NCBI GenBank assembly: GCA_047967505.1
Contig: CM106538.1
Strand: one strand, 5' to 3'
DNA length: 64,000 nucleotides
Source of the DNA: Dipteris shenzhenensis
Taxonomy: Eukaryota
Position 1 is the first letter of the stretch, and each line of letters begins with the position of its first letter. Both the position numbers and the translations under genes were made by a program. Positions 61,987-64,000 of this stretch are shown in pieces. The notes beneath the pieces were generated by a model. That model was not told where the DNA came from. It did not search any database and saw only the letters and a program-made list of their open reading frames with translations.

Positions 61987-63186
61987 TAGCGCGCGCACTG
62001 GTAGGCGTGCTCTGGGAGCTCTCCAGCATAGGCTACCCACCCAGGCACATAGTTGGTATGCCCAAGGGATATCTCTAGTCTTTCTTCGTACATTCTGGAA
62101 GACTCTTTGGGCAAGTTGGCGGCCGAGGTCTTACTTTCTTTGGATGGTGGTCCACAAGGGGCTACCAGTTGGGAGATGGCTGAGGCAGATGGGGCAGGAG
62201 GGGCACTGCCAGATGTGTTTTCATGAGGAGTCGTCCCTGAAGCACTGCCTTTGGAGCTGTTCGCATGCTCAGACAGTGTGGAAGGGAGTCATGGGGATCT
62301 TAGCGAGGGCTGCACCCGACCTAGGACCGGTCACTTGGGGAGCCGTTTGTTGGTGCAGCACCGAGATGGGACATCACTTGGCTTATAAGTTCTCTTGGCA
62401 GGATCCAGTTTTCATCACGCAGGCCACCTGGGCATACATGGAAAGCTTCCCTTGGCATTTGATAGAGACAGATGCAGGAGCGATGACTCGGCACCAGTTT
62501 GGGAGATCATAGGGAGTATTGTAGGCTGGCATATCTGGACTTCCAAATGCGCGCAGACCTTAGGAGATCAGGCTTCTTCTGCTACCCAAACCCTAGCGGA
62601 CATCTGGAGCACGATCATTCACACGCTCAAGGGTCAGTGGGATCAGATTCAGGGGGAGTCCCGGGCAGGGAAGGAGAAGCGACGGTGCTTCCTTCACGAC
62701 TGGGACCATCAAGAGCTGTTCTTCCAGCACTCTGCTCAGAGTCTTCAGTGGCATTACTCCCCCCCACCATGGCTGTTTGTCCACACTCAGATGATTATGC
62801 CCTGAGAGGCTTGTAATTATTTTGTTACCACGAGCTGTATCCGTTTTATGATTACAGCCCGCTGGCCTTTAGGCCTTCTTGTACTCTCGTTTTCAAGCAA
62901 TATAACTAGCACTACTTTTTGCGGCAAAAAAATAAATGTAGGGGCATTTCGAGGATAGATCAAGGGGACCATATCTTTGGTCAGGATTTTGCCCATTGAT
63001 ACTTCCATGAAGATTCTTCCATCATGAGTAATGAACGGACACCTAATGGTTCTGCGATGGAAAGTCTGTCATGTATTTCAACCCAAGAATTTCAATTACA
63101 AGGGTTTTCCGTTGAGGGATTTTCTGAATACTAAGTAATTCAAGAATTAGGGTTGATAGAAAATTGCAACCCAAAAATTGGCCTCG

Positions 63187-63730
63187 AGGGGTTCAATTGA
63201 TGGGGTTGTTCGAACAATGATTCCTCGATCTCAACCTAAGATTTTGAGTTCAAGGATACTCAATAGATAAGGTTGATAGAATCATTTACCTTCAGGTACA
63301 CATTTTACTATGCTTGTGTACGGATATGTCAACGGAATTAACTCTCTGGATTCAGGCGTTACTTGATTTCTCGAGGAGACTACTCGACGATATGTAACCT
63401 TGTTTAGATTGAGAGATTTACTTTCCTTGGGTTGGTTATCAAAGATTGTGGCTTTGGCCTTAGATTTTCTTTGATTTGAATCTCATGGAAAGTATAGCAC
63501 ACTCAAACTGATAGTCAAAGTATAGTTATTGGCATGGACTCATCTTCACAGAGAGTTTTCGGGCTTTCTGGTGAACTCAGGAGTGAGTTCTTAGAGGAAG
63601 GGGAGTATGTCATGTGCATGGTGTACCTAGGGTTGGATAGCAGGTTAACGTGGGTTACGGGATAGCATAGGGCTGGATGGCTATTTTTAGCCGAGATTGC
63701 TATATATAGAGATTGATTCATATATAGTGC
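63187..63730 (+). repeat. Direct copy of 51075-51615 (unclassified repeat, possibly LTR sequence)
   Basis: gaggggttcaattgat...gattcatatatagtgc at both loci; near-identical ORF translations 51398-51640 and 63515-63811. Confidence 0.85.
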
Positions 63731-63737
63731 GTGCTTG

Positions 63738-63911
63738 TAGCCCACGTGCTCGGGGGTGGTCGGGAGGATCGAGGCACCTGCGCTATGATTCTGGTTGTAT
63801 TGAGGCCGCAAGATCTAACCCTATCACTGACCTAGAATCTCGTCCTCAATACAACCAGAATCATAGCGCAGGTGCCTCGATCCTCCCGACCACCCCCGAG
63901 CACGTGGGCTA
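63738..63911. repeat. Perfect 68-bp inverted repeat with 38-nt loop
   Basis: 63738-63805 is the exact reverse complement of 63844-63911. Confidence 0.92.
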
Positions 63912-64000
63912 TCCGCCATGTAGATGGCCAAAGTCCCGGCCTGGGTCCAAGCCCCATCCATCAGTTGAGGAGCGCTCAACTGATCTGCACAATAGCACTG

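Larger units (their letters stand above)
54517..62935 (+). mobile_element. 5'-truncated L1 (same family as 574-7922), split into 54517-55370 and 61992-62935 by a chromovirus
   Basis: Homologous to ORF2 from about 6105 onward; A-rich tail at 62926-62935; 13-bp TSD ATGTAGGGGCATT at 54504-54516 and 62936-62948. Confidence 0.92.

Overview
Eukaryotic, land-plant DNA (probably fern-like; this is an inference) made almost entirely of nested retroelements. They sit in the introns of one minus-strand host gene, a 2OG-Fe(II) oxygenase-like gene resembling Arabidopsis At5g48020 as recalled from memory. Six short GT-AG exons (361 nt in total) lie between 24717 and 37565. Main elements: (1) an intact full-length L1 LINE (574-7922, 14-bp TSD); (2) a young non-chromoviral Ty3/Gypsy element (15714-24604) with LTRs identical by eye; (3) a chromovirus (55371-61986, minus strand) nested in a 5'-truncated L1 of the same family as (1); plus decayed Copia, L1 and RTEX-like LINE fragments and an LTR-element remnant carrying a captured PTB RRM. 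The standout is element (2). Its Pol RNase H domain has lost all four catalytic acids. A separate, apparently intact archaeal-type RNase H is encoded upstream of gag as one cistron in a gap-free chain of small ORFs joined by TAATG/TGATG/ATGA stop-start overlaps. The element also has a tRNA-His-like PBS and TG...AA termini. All family assignments come from motif recognition, not database searches.
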